From a bacterium (GTDB taxonomy: Bacteria; JACRDZ01; JAQUKH01), in contig JAQUKH010000020.1 of NCBI GenBank assembly GCA_028719205.1, positions 1 through 49,187 on the forward strand: 49,187 nt of DNA, given 5' to 3'. The notes beneath the pieces were generated by a model, which was not told the origin of the DNA, ran no database searches, and saw only the letters and a program-made list of their open reading frames with translations. Both the position numbers and the translations under genes were made by a program. Below are positions 10,437-18,409 of the stretch, piece after piece (position 1 is the first letter of the stretch; each line of letters opens with the position of its first letter).

Positions 10437-10452
10437 TGTTTTCTCCTTTTTC

Positions 10453-10530
10453 AATGAGCACATTACTTATGGAACACGAAGTGTGAACAGAAGTAATAGT
10501 GCGAATTGAACCCCGATGAACATCGGGGTC
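10453..10530 (-). repeat. Two-hairpin intercistronic element, copy 1
   Basis: GACCCCGATG..ATCGGGGTTCAATTCGCAC..GTGCTCATT, related to 11774-11826 and 14988-15056. Confidence 0.7.
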
Positions 10531-10531
10531 T

Positions 10532-11761
10532 TCATTCCAATATTGTATACGCCCTCTCATGATGCTGGGTAAGATCCAGCCCCATAAGTTCTTCTTTTTC
10601 GGTAACACGCATACCGATCATTAAATCCACAACTTTATAAATAATCACAGTTAATATAACAGAATATACTATTGTAGCCAGAACAGTAACCGCCTGAACC
10701 ATAAACTGTTTAGGATTCCCGAAAAATAAACCGTCCGCACCGGCTGGATTTACCGCCTTTGAGGCAAATAATCCGGTAGCCAACGCGCCCCATATGCCTC
10801 CCATACAATGCACTCCAAAAACATCCAGCGAATCGTCGTATTTCAAAGCTGGTTTTATAACACTTACGGCAAAAAAACATATAACGCTGACAAACATTCC
10901 TATAACAATCGCTGACATTACACTGACAAATCCCGCAGCCGGAGTGATGGCAACCAAACCCGCCACAATACCACTCACCGTCCCAAAAATTGTAGGTTTA
11001 CCGTTTTTCAACCATTCAATAATTGCCCAGGTCAGCCCCGCGGCAGCCGCTGAAGTATTAGTAACTACAAAAGCGTTAACCGCCAATCCATTCGCGGCAA
11101 GGGCGCTACCCGCATTAAAACCGAACCAGCCAAACCATAATAAACCGGTCCCTAAAACGATAAAAGGCAAATTATGCGGAGTTGGCGTGCTGTGTTCGAT
11201 ATTTTTCCGTCTGCCGATCAAAATTGCTGTAACTAAAGCGGCAACACCCGCGCTTATATGAACAACTGTTCCTCCGGCAAAATCAAGCGCGCCCATATTT
11301 TTAAACCATCCGCCGACTCCCCATACCCAATGGCAAACGGGATTATAAACAAGGGTCGCCCACAAAATTGTAAATAACAAAAATGCTGAAAATTTCATCC
11401 TCTCGGCAAAAGCACCGATGATCAAGGCAGGCGTAATTATGGCAAACATTCCCTGATATATCATGAATGCCTGGTGAGGAATAGTCGCGGCATAATCCGC
11501 ATAAGGTTCAAAACCCACCCCGTTCAAACCAAGCCACTGAAGGCCACCAATAAATCCATTTCCAGGAGCAAATGATAAACTGTAACCGTATACGACCCAT
11601 TCAATGCTTATTACGCATAGAATTATAAAACATTGCATTAAAATACCTAATATATTTTTTCTTCTAACCATTCCGCCATAGAAAAATGCCAGTGCCGGGG
11701 TCATTAGCATTACTAATGCCGCTGAAAACAAAACGAAAGCTGTGTCACCTGAATTTATCAT
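10532..11761 (-). CDS. amtB: Ammonium transporter
   Basis: DFAGGTVVH, WFGWFGFNAGS, DDSLDVFGVH motifs. Confidence 0.98.
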   Translation of the reverse strand: MINSGDTAFVLFSAALVMLMTPALAFFYGGMVRRKNILGILMQCFIILCVISIEWVVYGYSLSFAPGNGFIGGLQWLGLNGVGFEPYADYAATIPHQAFMIYQGMFAIITPALIIGAFAERMKFSAFLLFTILWATLVYNPVCHWVWGVGGWFKNMGALDFAGGTVVHISAGVAALVTAILIGRRKNIEHSTPTPHNLPFIVLGTGLLWFGWFGFNAGSALAANGLAVNAFVVTNTSAAAAGLTWAIIEWLKNGKPTIFGTVSGIVAGLVAITPAAGFVSVMSAIVIGMFVSVICFFAVSVIKPALKYDDSLDVFGVHCMGGIWGALATGLFASKAVNPAGADGLFFGNPKQFMVQAVTVLATIVYSVILTVIIYKVVDLMIGMRVTEKEELMGLDLTQHHERAYTILE

Positions 11762-11773
11762 TTTATCCTCTCA

Positions 11774-11826
11774 AATGAGTCCCGATAACAATCGGGACGA
11801 GTTTGACCCCGATTTTACATCGGGGC
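11774..11826 (-). repeat. Two-hairpin element, copy 2
   Basis: GCCCCGATG..ATCGGGGTCAAACTCGTCCCGAT..ATCGGGACTCATT just before the amtB RBS. Confidence 0.65.
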
Positions 11827-11897
11827 ATGTTTTAGTTTATACTTTGCCTTCTTTGATAACTTACTCATTTATATATACAACTGTATAAATACAAGGC

Positions 11898-11983
11898 AAA
11901 AAAAAGACGCGCATAAAAGACATAATTGTCTTTGATGAACGCCTCTGTTCATTGCTTATATTTTATTCAGCACTGCATTGTGC
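11898..11983 (-). promoter_or_regulatory. ANTAR-type attenuator of amtB-glnK
   Basis: GCAC-AATGCA-GTGC and ATGAAC-AGAGGC-GTTCAT hexaloop hairpins; the second overlaps a terminator ending in a T-run. Confidence 0.82.
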
Positions 11984-12017
11984 CTGATTATTTGATTAAA
12001 CAATTGTATTATTAATA

Positions 12018-12049
12018 ATACAAGTAAAATATTACCTATTTTGGTAACC
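12018..12049 (-). promoter_or_regulatory. Putative alternative-sigma promoter, copy 2 (amtB)
   Basis: GGTTACC-aaaataggtaatattt-TACTTGTAT. Confidence 0.72.
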
Positions 12050-12058
12050 TAATAGTTT

Positions 12059-12397
12059 TTACAAAGCTTTTTCGCCTTTTTCGCCTGTTCTGATCCTTAT
12101 GGCATTTTCAATATTGTGTATAAATATTTTCCCGTCTCCAATTTCACCTGTTTTTAAATTATCAATTATTGTATTAACAATCGCTTCCACATCCTTATTG
12201 TTAACAACAAGTTCCAGTTTTGTTTTAGACATAAGTTCCACGCTAGAATCTTCACCTTGCCGCTTACAGGTTACACCTTTCTGCCTGCCATATCCTTCTA
12301 TCTCTGTAATCGTTATACCCAAGTAACCGACTGTTTCTAAAACCTTAAACACTATATCGAGTTTTTCAGGCCGAATTATCACCTCTATTTTTTTCAT
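12059..12397 (-). CDS. PII family nitrogen regulator
   Basis: MKKIEVIIRP, GYGRQKG, TGEIGDGKIF, RIRTGE. Confidence 0.93.
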   Translation of the reverse strand: MKKIEVIIRPEKLDIVFKVLETVGYLGITITEIEGYGRQKGVTCKRQGEDSSVELMSKTKLELVVNNKDVEAIVNTIIDNLKTGEIGDGKIFIHNIENAIRIRTGEKGEKAL

Positions 12398-12453
12398 TTT
12401 TTATTACCTCAATTATTTAATTAAACAAATGAATAAACGAAAGGCAAAAAAAA

Positions 12454-12633
12454 TTAATCTATTTCCAATTTTGTTTTTACCAGATTCGCGTAAACTTTAT
12501 TGATGCGATTAGTCTTTAACCATCTTTCGATTGTAGCGATCTGCACATCAAGGATCTTAGACAGATCATAAAGCGTGTATTTCTTGACCTCTTTTATCCT
12601 GATTATTTTTTCAATTAATTCTTTATCTATCAT
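12454..12633 (-). CDS. 59-aa Cro/XRE-like helix-turn-helix protein
   Basis: Hand translation MIDKELIEKIIRIKEVKKYTLYDLSKILDVQIATIERWLKTNRINKVYANLVKTKLEID; HTH pattern; AGGAA RBS; fills the gap between two PII genes. Confidence 0.75.
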   Translation of the reverse strand: MIDKELIEKIIRIKEVKKYTLYDLSKILDVQIATIERWLKTNRINKVYANLVKTKLEID

Positions 12634-12650
12634 GTTATTTCCTAAAATTG

Positions 12651-12680
12651 GTAGGGGAGGGTTTCAACCCCGCCCCTACA
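12651..12680. repeat. GTAG-type REP palindrome
   Basis: GTAGGGGAGGGTTTCAACCCCGCCCCTAC. Confidence 0.6.
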
Positions 12681-12688
12681 TTAATAAT

Positions 12689-13027
12689 TTACAATGCTTT
12701 TTCACCTTTTTCTCTGGTGCGTATCCTTACTACATCTTCAACAGGATATATAAATATTTTACCATCTCCTATTTTTCCTGTAAAAGCGGCTTCACATATA
12801 GCGTTAATAATCTTATCCAAATCCTCATCTTTTGTCACGATCTCGATCTTTGCCTTGTTGATCAATTCCATTTTATATGTTTTACCGCGTAATTTCTGTT
12901 CCAGGCCTTTCTGTTTCCCGTGCCCTTCAACCTCGCTGATCATCAAACCCGGGTGGCCGACTTTCTCTAAAATAGAAATTACGTCGCCGACTTTCGAAGG
13001 CCGGATCACTGCTTCTATTTTTTTCAT
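12689..13027 (-). CDS. PII family nitrogen regulator
   Basis: MKKIEAVIRP, GHGKQKG, T-loop LRGKTY, TGKIGDGKIF. Confidence 0.93.
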   Translation of the reverse strand: MKKIEAVIRPSKVGDVISILEKVGHPGLMISEVEGHGKQKGLEQKLRGKTYKMELINKAKIEIVTKDEDLDKIINAICEAAFTGKIGDGKIFIYPVEDVVRIRTREKGEKAL

Positions 13028-13044
13028 TTTATATTCCTTTCATT

Positions 13045-13089
13045 GGGCGGGTTTACCTGCCCGCCGCAGGCAGGAAACCCGCCCTTACA
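13045..13089. repeat. REP-like palindrome with inserted hairpin
   Basis: GGGCGGGTTT-ACCTGCC..GCAGG..-AAACCCGCCCTTACA, related to the REP at 12651. Confidence 0.55.
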
Positions 13090-13101
13090 GATTATATTAA
13101 T

Positions 13102-14970
13102 TTATATTGCCTTTACTCCCATCTCTCCTGTACGTATACGCATGACTTCCGACGCGTCGGTCACAAATATTTTACCATCCCCAATATTCCCCGTACGGGC
13201 CGCTTCGCTTATAATATCCATAATTTTAGGTACATCCCACTCTTTGACAACAACATCTATCCTTATTTTTGGAAGGAAATTTATTGTATCACTGCCAGGA
13301 TCTCCATCAGCTTTACCTTTTTGCCGTCCGAAACCTTTTACCTTAGTTACTGTCATTCCCATAATAAAATCTTCCTCTTTAAGAACTTCAACAACAAGGT
13401 TAAGATAATCCGGCCGGATCATACACGACACCATTTTTAAACGGTTTGTTTTACGAACGGTGGTTACCGCTACATAAAGAACAGTTATTAACGCCCATGC
13501 GCCGGCAATAACAAAACAGATCTGCGCTTCCGCCTTTGAATCAGCATTACCAATAGAATACAAATAAATTATCGCGGCAAGCATAATAACGTTTGTTATA
13601 ACTCCCAATACCGGAACAATAACATGTTTTACAACACTGAAATCCTTTCTATCTTTGAACGCTACGATAGTCCAGATACATGTCAAACCATAAAGAACAA
13701 ACGTTCCGAAATTTGATGCAAGTGTAATACCAACTAAACCGACTACCGACCGGATACCAACGGCCGCGATTATCGACGTGGCTATTATCAATACAGCCAG
13801 TGTCATGTAAGGAACACCTGTCTCCGCGTGCAAAAAAGAGAAGTCTTTCGGCAGTTCCCGGTCATCAGCCATACCCGCAGTTACCCGTATGGCGGTATTC
13901 ATACAACTCAAGGTCGTACCTATTATCGCGATTGCTACAGTAAGTGCCATGGTGATCATCAAGCCGAATCCGATCCCGTTAAAGAGAGAATTACCAAGGA
14001 TCTTTGTAAGGTCTCCGATCGGCGCACTTGACGCCGCAGCCGCCGCCATACCGGTCAGTGTGGTCCCGTTAACTAAAACTGTTAACTTTTCATTAACCAT
14101 ATATCCCGCAGCTAAATACTCCAGTAGATAAGCAAACAATCCCTGGATCACAAGAGAAAGTATAATCGCTTTCGGTAATGTATTCTGCGGGTTTTCGGTT
14201 TCTGATGCTAAAGCAGTACAGCTCTCAAAACCAACAAGGATCAAAATCGCGATTGTGGACTGGATAAGCACACCGTTAAACGAATGCGGTTTAATTACAT
14301 CAATCGCGCCCGAAAAGGACCATTGAGCTGCAACCTGTGGATTTGAAATTCGATACCATATGGCCAATCCGCTGAAAATAACTAACGCGGCCCATTGGAT
14401 AATATTGATCCAAAGCGCTGTAGTTGTTGAACCGGTTATTCCGCGATATGCAATGTATCCTGTTACAGCTGAAAATATGATACAAAATAATGTAAGGGTC
14501 GATACTGATAAAGCTGCTCCGGTAAACTGTGTATAAATATACCCGACAAGAGTCGCCATCATCGCCACCATAACCCCCGGATATACCCAATAGAAAAGAT
14601 GCGCCGACCAGCCTGTAACGATCTTTGCGATACGGGCAATTGATTTAGGCCCGCTTTCTTTTTCTTTACGGCTGTCCAAAAAAGCCCTTTCGGCAAAATA
14701 GACACAGCTTGCAAAACCCGCTTCGGGATAAATTCTCGCGAGTTCCGCGTACGCGAGAGCAGTCAGCATCGCGACTATCAAGGCAAGTACAATACCGGCC
14801 CAGATATCACTCGCGACCGATGCCCCGTTTGGAGCCGTGGCCGCTGCCTGCAGCTGGAAAGTGATCCATAAAAACGCCCCGGGCGCTATTAAAGCCATCG
14901 CGTTCACCGTAGCACCTAACAATCCCAGTTTAGGTTTTACTGTTTTTGTTGTAATTTCATTGTTTGACAT
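13102..14970 (-). CDS. APC-family permease fused to a C-terminal PII domain
   Basis: Multi-TM body with GFESC..LASE APC motif; last ~110 aa contain MIRP, GFGRQKG, TGNIGDGKIFV, RIRTGE; single open frame. Confidence 0.9.
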   Translation of the reverse strand: MSNNEITTKTVKPKLGLLGATVNAMALIAPGAFLWITFQLQAAATAPNGASVASDIWAGIVLALIVAMLTALAYAELARIYPEAGFASCVYFAERAFLDSRKEKESGPKSIARIAKIVTGWSAHLFYWVYPGVMVAMMATLVGYIYTQFTGAALSVSTLTLFCIIFSAVTGYIAYRGITGSTTTALWINIIQWAALVIFSGLAIWYRISNPQVAAQWSFSGAIDVIKPHSFNGVLIQSTIAILILVGFESCTALASETENPQNTLPKAIILSLVIQGLFAYLLEYLAAGYMVNEKLTVLVNGTTLTGMAAAAASSAPIGDLTKILGNSLFNGIGFGLMITMALTVAIAIIGTTLSCMNTAIRVTAGMADDRELPKDFSFLHAETGVPYMTLAVLIIATSIIAAVGIRSVVGLVGITLASNFGTFVLYGLTCIWTIVAFKDRKDFSVVKHVIVPVLGVITNVIMLAAIIYLYSIGNADSKAEAQICFVIAGAWALITVLYVAVTTVRKTNRLKMVSCMIRPDYLNLVVEVLKEEDFIMGMTVTKVKGFGRQKGKADGDPGSDTINFLPKIRIDVVVKEWDVPKIMDIISEAARTGNIGDGKIFVTDASEVMRIRTGEMGVKAI

Positions 14971-14987
14971 AAGAATTCCTCCTTTTT

Positions 14988-15056
14988 AATGAGCACATCG
15001 TCCCGATGTCCTTCGGGATGATAGTGCGAATTGAACCCCGATGCAACATCGGGGTC
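14988..15056 (-). repeat. Two-hairpin element, copy 3
   Basis: GACCCCGATG..ATCGGGGTTCAATTCGCAC..GTGCTCATT before the APC-PII RBS. Confidence 0.7.
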
Positions 15057-15108
15057 TAATTCAGTCTACAATTCAGCTTCGCTTTTAACTTGCTAAATTA
15101 TGACTTCA

Positions 15109-15816
15109 TTAGAAGTTAATATCTAATTGTGTTGTTACCGTATTATTTACAGTTATCTTATCATTGTTATAAATGGTATAAGCAAAAATGATACTTGTAT
15201 TTGGAGCAAAAAGATAAGAAAAACCCAAACTTGTTGAGCCGTAAAAACTTTTGCCGGACGCATAATCAACTGCAGCCCACACTTTGTCTGAAATTGCTTT
15301 ATCCCATGTAGCGATTAATCCGGTATTTGCCTTGTCGCCAATTTCATCTACCAACAATTTTTTATTTCCGATATAATAACCAAGTGAAATCCTCCCGATA
15401 GGATTAAATGTTTTAGCAACTACTCCGTAAATAATATTGTAATCAGTCACATCTTTTTTTGTGCCGGCATTACATAACCCAAATGCTATAGCCGGAATAA
15501 CCTCTTTTTCAGAAAACCCATATTTTGCATTAAATTGTACCGGATTTTCAGAAGGCTCAAAAAAATCAATACCCACTTCTAAATTTTTAACCAGCCCATA
15601 AGTTAACCCGACATCTGTAGGAAATGCAACCGGATGATCTTTGTTATCTTTTACCGAGAAATAATTATCGATACCCAAATGCCATGTTTTTACAGCCTGT
15701 ATATCCGTTGAAGGATTCCATATCTGGGTTGAAGGTGTAGCGTGAGCAAAATTCATAACACAGAAATTAAACGCAAAAACCAGAACAAACAATTTTATCA
15801 TTTTAAACTTTTTCAT
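15109..15816 (-). CDS. Probable outer-membrane beta-barrel protein (porin-like)
   Basis: Signal peptide ending AHA, amphipathic beta-strand pattern, C-terminal TTQLDINF; start MKKFK behind AAGGAG. Confidence 0.7.
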   Translation of the reverse strand: MKKFKMIKLFVLVFAFNFCVMNFAHATPSTQIWNPSTDIQAVKTWHLGIDNYFSVKDNKDHPVAFPTDVGLTYGLVKNLEVGIDFFEPSENPVQFNAKYGFSEKEVIPAIAFGLCNAGTKKDVTDYNIIYGVVAKTFNPIGRISLGYYIGNKKLLVDEIGDKANTGLIATWDKAISDKVWAAVDYASGKSFYGSTSLGFSYLFAPNTSIIFAYTIYNNDKITVNNTVTTQLDINF

Positions 15817-15839
15817 TTTTCTCCTTTTTGACGCCAAAT

Positions 15840-15908
15840 AAAAAAGGCGCTCATTTTATCCATCCTGGATTAAAATAACGCCTTTGTAGTTTTTACACTT
15901 CTATGTGT
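15840..15908 (-). promoter_or_regulatory. ANTAR-type attenuator of the porin/APC-PII/PII operon
   Basis: ACAC-ATAGAA-GTGT and AC-AAAGGC-GT; the second overlaps terminator AAAGGCGTTATTTT..AAAATGAGCGCCTTTTTT. Confidence 0.72.
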
Positions 15909-15916
15909 TTCTAATT

Positions 15917-15948
15917 ATACAAGTAATAATTTGATAAGATTGGTAACC
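15917..15948 (-). promoter_or_regulatory. Putative alternative-sigma promoter, copy 3
   Basis: GGTTACC-aatcttatcaaattat-TACTTGTAT, directly after the sigma-factor stop codon. Confidence 0.72.
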
Positions 15949-15956
15949 GGAAGTAC

Positions 15957-16475
15957 TTATTTCCAAACATACTTCCCGCATTTCCCTCTGATCTTATTTG
16001 TTATTTTTATTACGGCAACATGGGATATGTCCAATTTATCGCCTATTTCCCTTGTTGTTAAACCTCTAGCTATTAAGTTTAATACATCCTTTTCACGCTT
16101 ATCAAAACTTTTCATTAAATTTTCTACTATGATCTTGTTGTTTAGATTATCCAGATCATTTTCTGAATGTTTGTCTCTCAGGGATAATATTTCCTTCGAT
16201 GATGTATTTTCATCATCAAGCAAAGCCTCAATACTTACAAATTTCATGTCGGTATTTACCCTGCGGAGATAATTTTTAAGATAGAAATAACAACCTTGCA
16301 GGATATAGCTGTCTGTTTTGTTTTCTAATTTTCCTTCCTGATATTCCAGCCAGAGATGCAGTAATGATTCCTGAAGCAGGTCATCATCATTAAAGAACGT
16401 AAAATGCCCGTTCAATTTATATGTGATATTTTTTAATGTCGGAGATATTCTTTCTACAATAGTATCAAAATTCAT
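15957..16475 (-). CDS. Alternative (ECF/SigH-sized) sigma-70 family factor
   Basis: 172 aa; region 2 DDLLQESLLHLW and region 4 HTH LTTREIGDKLDISHVAV; start MNFDT behind GGAGG. Confidence 0.88.
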   Translation of the reverse strand: MNFDTIVERISPTLKNITYKLNGHFTFFNDDDLLQESLLHLWLEYQEGKLENKTDSYILQGCYFYLKNYLRRVNTDMKFVSIEALLDDENTSSKEILSLRDKHSENDLDNLNNKIIVENLMKSFDKREKDVLNLIARGLTTREIGDKLDISHVAVIKITNKIRGKCGKYVWK

Positions 16476-16484
16476 TTTTCCTCC

Positions 16485-16609
16485 AAAAAAAATGGCGTTC
16501 CTTAAATCCATCACCGGATAAAAGGAACGCCATAGTTCCAAAAAAAAATGCCTTCCCGCGGTTCTGCCCGTGAGAAGACATCAATGTCTTTTTAATACTT
16601 CTTTGTATT
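16485..16609 (-). promoter_or_regulatory. Tandem ANTAR-type attenuator (three hexaloop hairpins, two terminators)
   Basis: AATAC-AAAGAA-GTATT; AAGAC-ATTGAT-GTCTT overlapping terminator 1; GGAAC-TATGGC-GTTCC overlapping terminator 2. Confidence 0.8.
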
Positions 16610-16618
16610 TATGACATT

Positions 16619-16646
16619 ATTATAACACAAAATTTATTTATGTCAA
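16619..16646 (-). promoter_or_regulatory. Housekeeping sigma-70 promoter of the sigma gene
   Basis: TTGACA-N16-TATAAT with TGn extended -10. Confidence 0.8.
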
Positions 16647-16691
16647 TAATATTATTTAATAAAATCATATCAATTTAATTCATACAACTTT

Positions 16692-16728
16692 AAAAAAAGC
16701 GCCCCGATTTCAATCGGAGCGCTTTTTG
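16692..16728 (-). terminator. Intrinsic terminator after the glutamate synthase-like gene
   Basis: AAAAAGCGCTCCGAT-tgaa-ATCGGGGCGCTTTTTTT. Confidence 0.8.
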
Positions 16729-16752
16729 CCCTAATATTGCTGCAAATTAAAA

Positions 16753-18345
16753 CTACTTACCGTCAATTATTTTTTCTGCTTCTTTGCGGTAATTATCCAT
16801 TACATAAGGTATTCCTGATATTTTAGTAGCTTCTTCAGTTAAACTCATAACGTCTTTTCTTGAGATGGTTGACAAATTAAAATTACGGGACCCGGCCATT
16901 AATTGCTGTAACCCGACTTTAATTCTCTGGGAAAAGGTATAAATTCCAACCGCGCCTAATGGAATGTCCTTCATATCCTTGCCATATTTTTCAGCGAGTT
17001 CTTCATAACAAACAAATATTTCCTCCGGTTTGGCACCAAATTCTGATACTGCGTTTGGTAAATTGTTGGTCTTAATCCAATGATCGATATTTTTACCTAC
17101 AAAACCCGGTATCATCAATGCCCTTCCCATACAAACCGCCTTAACATACGGGGCACCCATGGCAATTACCTTAAATACATGATCTTCTAATGAAAAACCG
17201 CCGGCAATCGCGATATCAGGAACACGCATTTTTTTCTTAGTTAGTTTCTGACAAAATTCATACGCGAGAGATTGCAAATAGAATGTAGGTATACCCCATT
17301 CCTGCATCATTCTCCATGGTGACATCCCTGTTCCGCCAGGCGCGCCGTCAATTGTCAAAAGGTCTATCTTTGCCTCTGAACAGTATCTGATAGCCTGCGC
17401 TAATTCCACCATAGAATACGCGCCTGTTTTTAGAGTGATCCTTTCAAATCCTAAACCGCGCAAACGTTTAATTTCCTTCATAAAACCTTCTTGCGAAACA
17501 AAACCAAGACGGGAATGCCTTTCAAATTCTTTTATTGCTCCCGCTTTATACGCCTGATGAACTGCATTGTCTGTAGGATCAGGTGTCACTATATAACCGC
17601 GTTTTTTTAATTCTATAGCCCTGTCCAGTGATTTAACTTTTATTTCTCCTCCGATACACTTTGCTCCCTGTCCCCATTTTAATTCTATAGTATTTAATTT
17701 ATGTTTTTTTATTACATATTCAGCCACCCCTAAACGAGTATCTTCAACATTCATCTGAACTAATATTTCACCATAACCTTCGTGAAATCTTTTGTAAAGC
17801 GCGATACGCCTATCCATTTCAGGCGAATTTGTAATTTTACCTTTGCTGTCCAATTCCAGTTTTGGGTCAATACCGCAAACATTTTCACCGCACACAAGCG
17901 TTACACCGGATATTGCCGCGCCTATAGAAAAATGTTCCCAATTTTTACGGGCAATTTCCGTGGATCCCAGCGCGCCGGTAAAAATTGGAGCCTTCATTTT
18001 TACTTTTTTTGTCCATCCATATTCTGTTTCTGTATTTACCGCGGGAAAAATCGCTGTGTCCGGATTACCGTCAATACCCTTTGGTAAACCTTTCGCTCCC
18101 TGCGCGTAGCCCTGGATATTCAAATGTGAATAATCTACAGGATAATTTTTGTCGCCGCCCGCTGTTATTTCACCAAATGGGCCGGGATAAATTACTTCTC
18201 TGCCTCTAAATGATGATTTAAAAACTTCACAATTACCGCGACAGGATTCAAGACATCTCGAACACAAACCCGAGCATGGAACCACATTTTTTGAGCGGTT
18301 TGATGTTCTGGTTGCATCATTACCACCAGGGCTTCGTAAATTCAT
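16753..18345 (-). CDS. Stand-alone FMN-binding glutamate synthase family protein
   Basis: IELKWGQGAK..GGE, DGAPGGTG, Cys-rich N-terminus; no glutamine amidotransferase domain; start MNLRS behind AGGAGA. Confidence 0.85.
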   Translation of the reverse strand: MNLRSPGGNDATRTSNRSKNVVPCSGLCSRCLESCRGNCEVFKSSFRGREVIYPGPFGEITAGGDKNYPVDYSHLNIQGYAQGAKGLPKGIDGNPDTAIFPAVNTETEYGWTKKVKMKAPIFTGALGSTEIARKNWEHFSIGAAISGVTLVCGENVCGIDPKLELDSKGKITNSPEMDRRIALYKRFHEGYGEILVQMNVEDTRLGVAEYVIKKHKLNTIELKWGQGAKCIGGEIKVKSLDRAIELKKRGYIVTPDPTDNAVHQAYKAGAIKEFERHSRLGFVSQEGFMKEIKRLRGLGFERITLKTGAYSMVELAQAIRYCSEAKIDLLTIDGAPGGTGMSPWRMMQEWGIPTFYLQSLAYEFCQKLTKKKMRVPDIAIAGGFSLEDHVFKVIAMGAPYVKAVCMGRALMIPGFVGKNIDHWIKTNNLPNAVSEFGAKPEEIFVCYEELAEKYGKDMKDIPLGAVGIYTFSQRIKVGLQQLMAGSRNFNLSTISRKDVMSLTEEATKISGIPYVMDNYRKEAEKIIDGK

Positions 18346-18409
18346 GAAATTAAATCTCCTTTCATAATAATTATGCACATATTGCCTATTTTTTAGGCAT
18401 ACTCAAAGC

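Noticed and set aside
11898-11952. Glutamine (glnA) riboswitch suggested by CGTTCATC
   Set aside because: The other conserved segments are missing; the twin-hexaloop plus terminator model explains this and three other leaders.
10453-15056. CRISPR array from the CCCCGAT..ATCGGGG repeats
   Set aside because: Copies are dispersed between genes, not regularly spaced, and no cas genes are present.
16476-16541. 22-aa extension of the sigma factor or a leader peptide
   Set aside because: The region is terminator/hairpin sequence; GGAGG supports ATG 16475.
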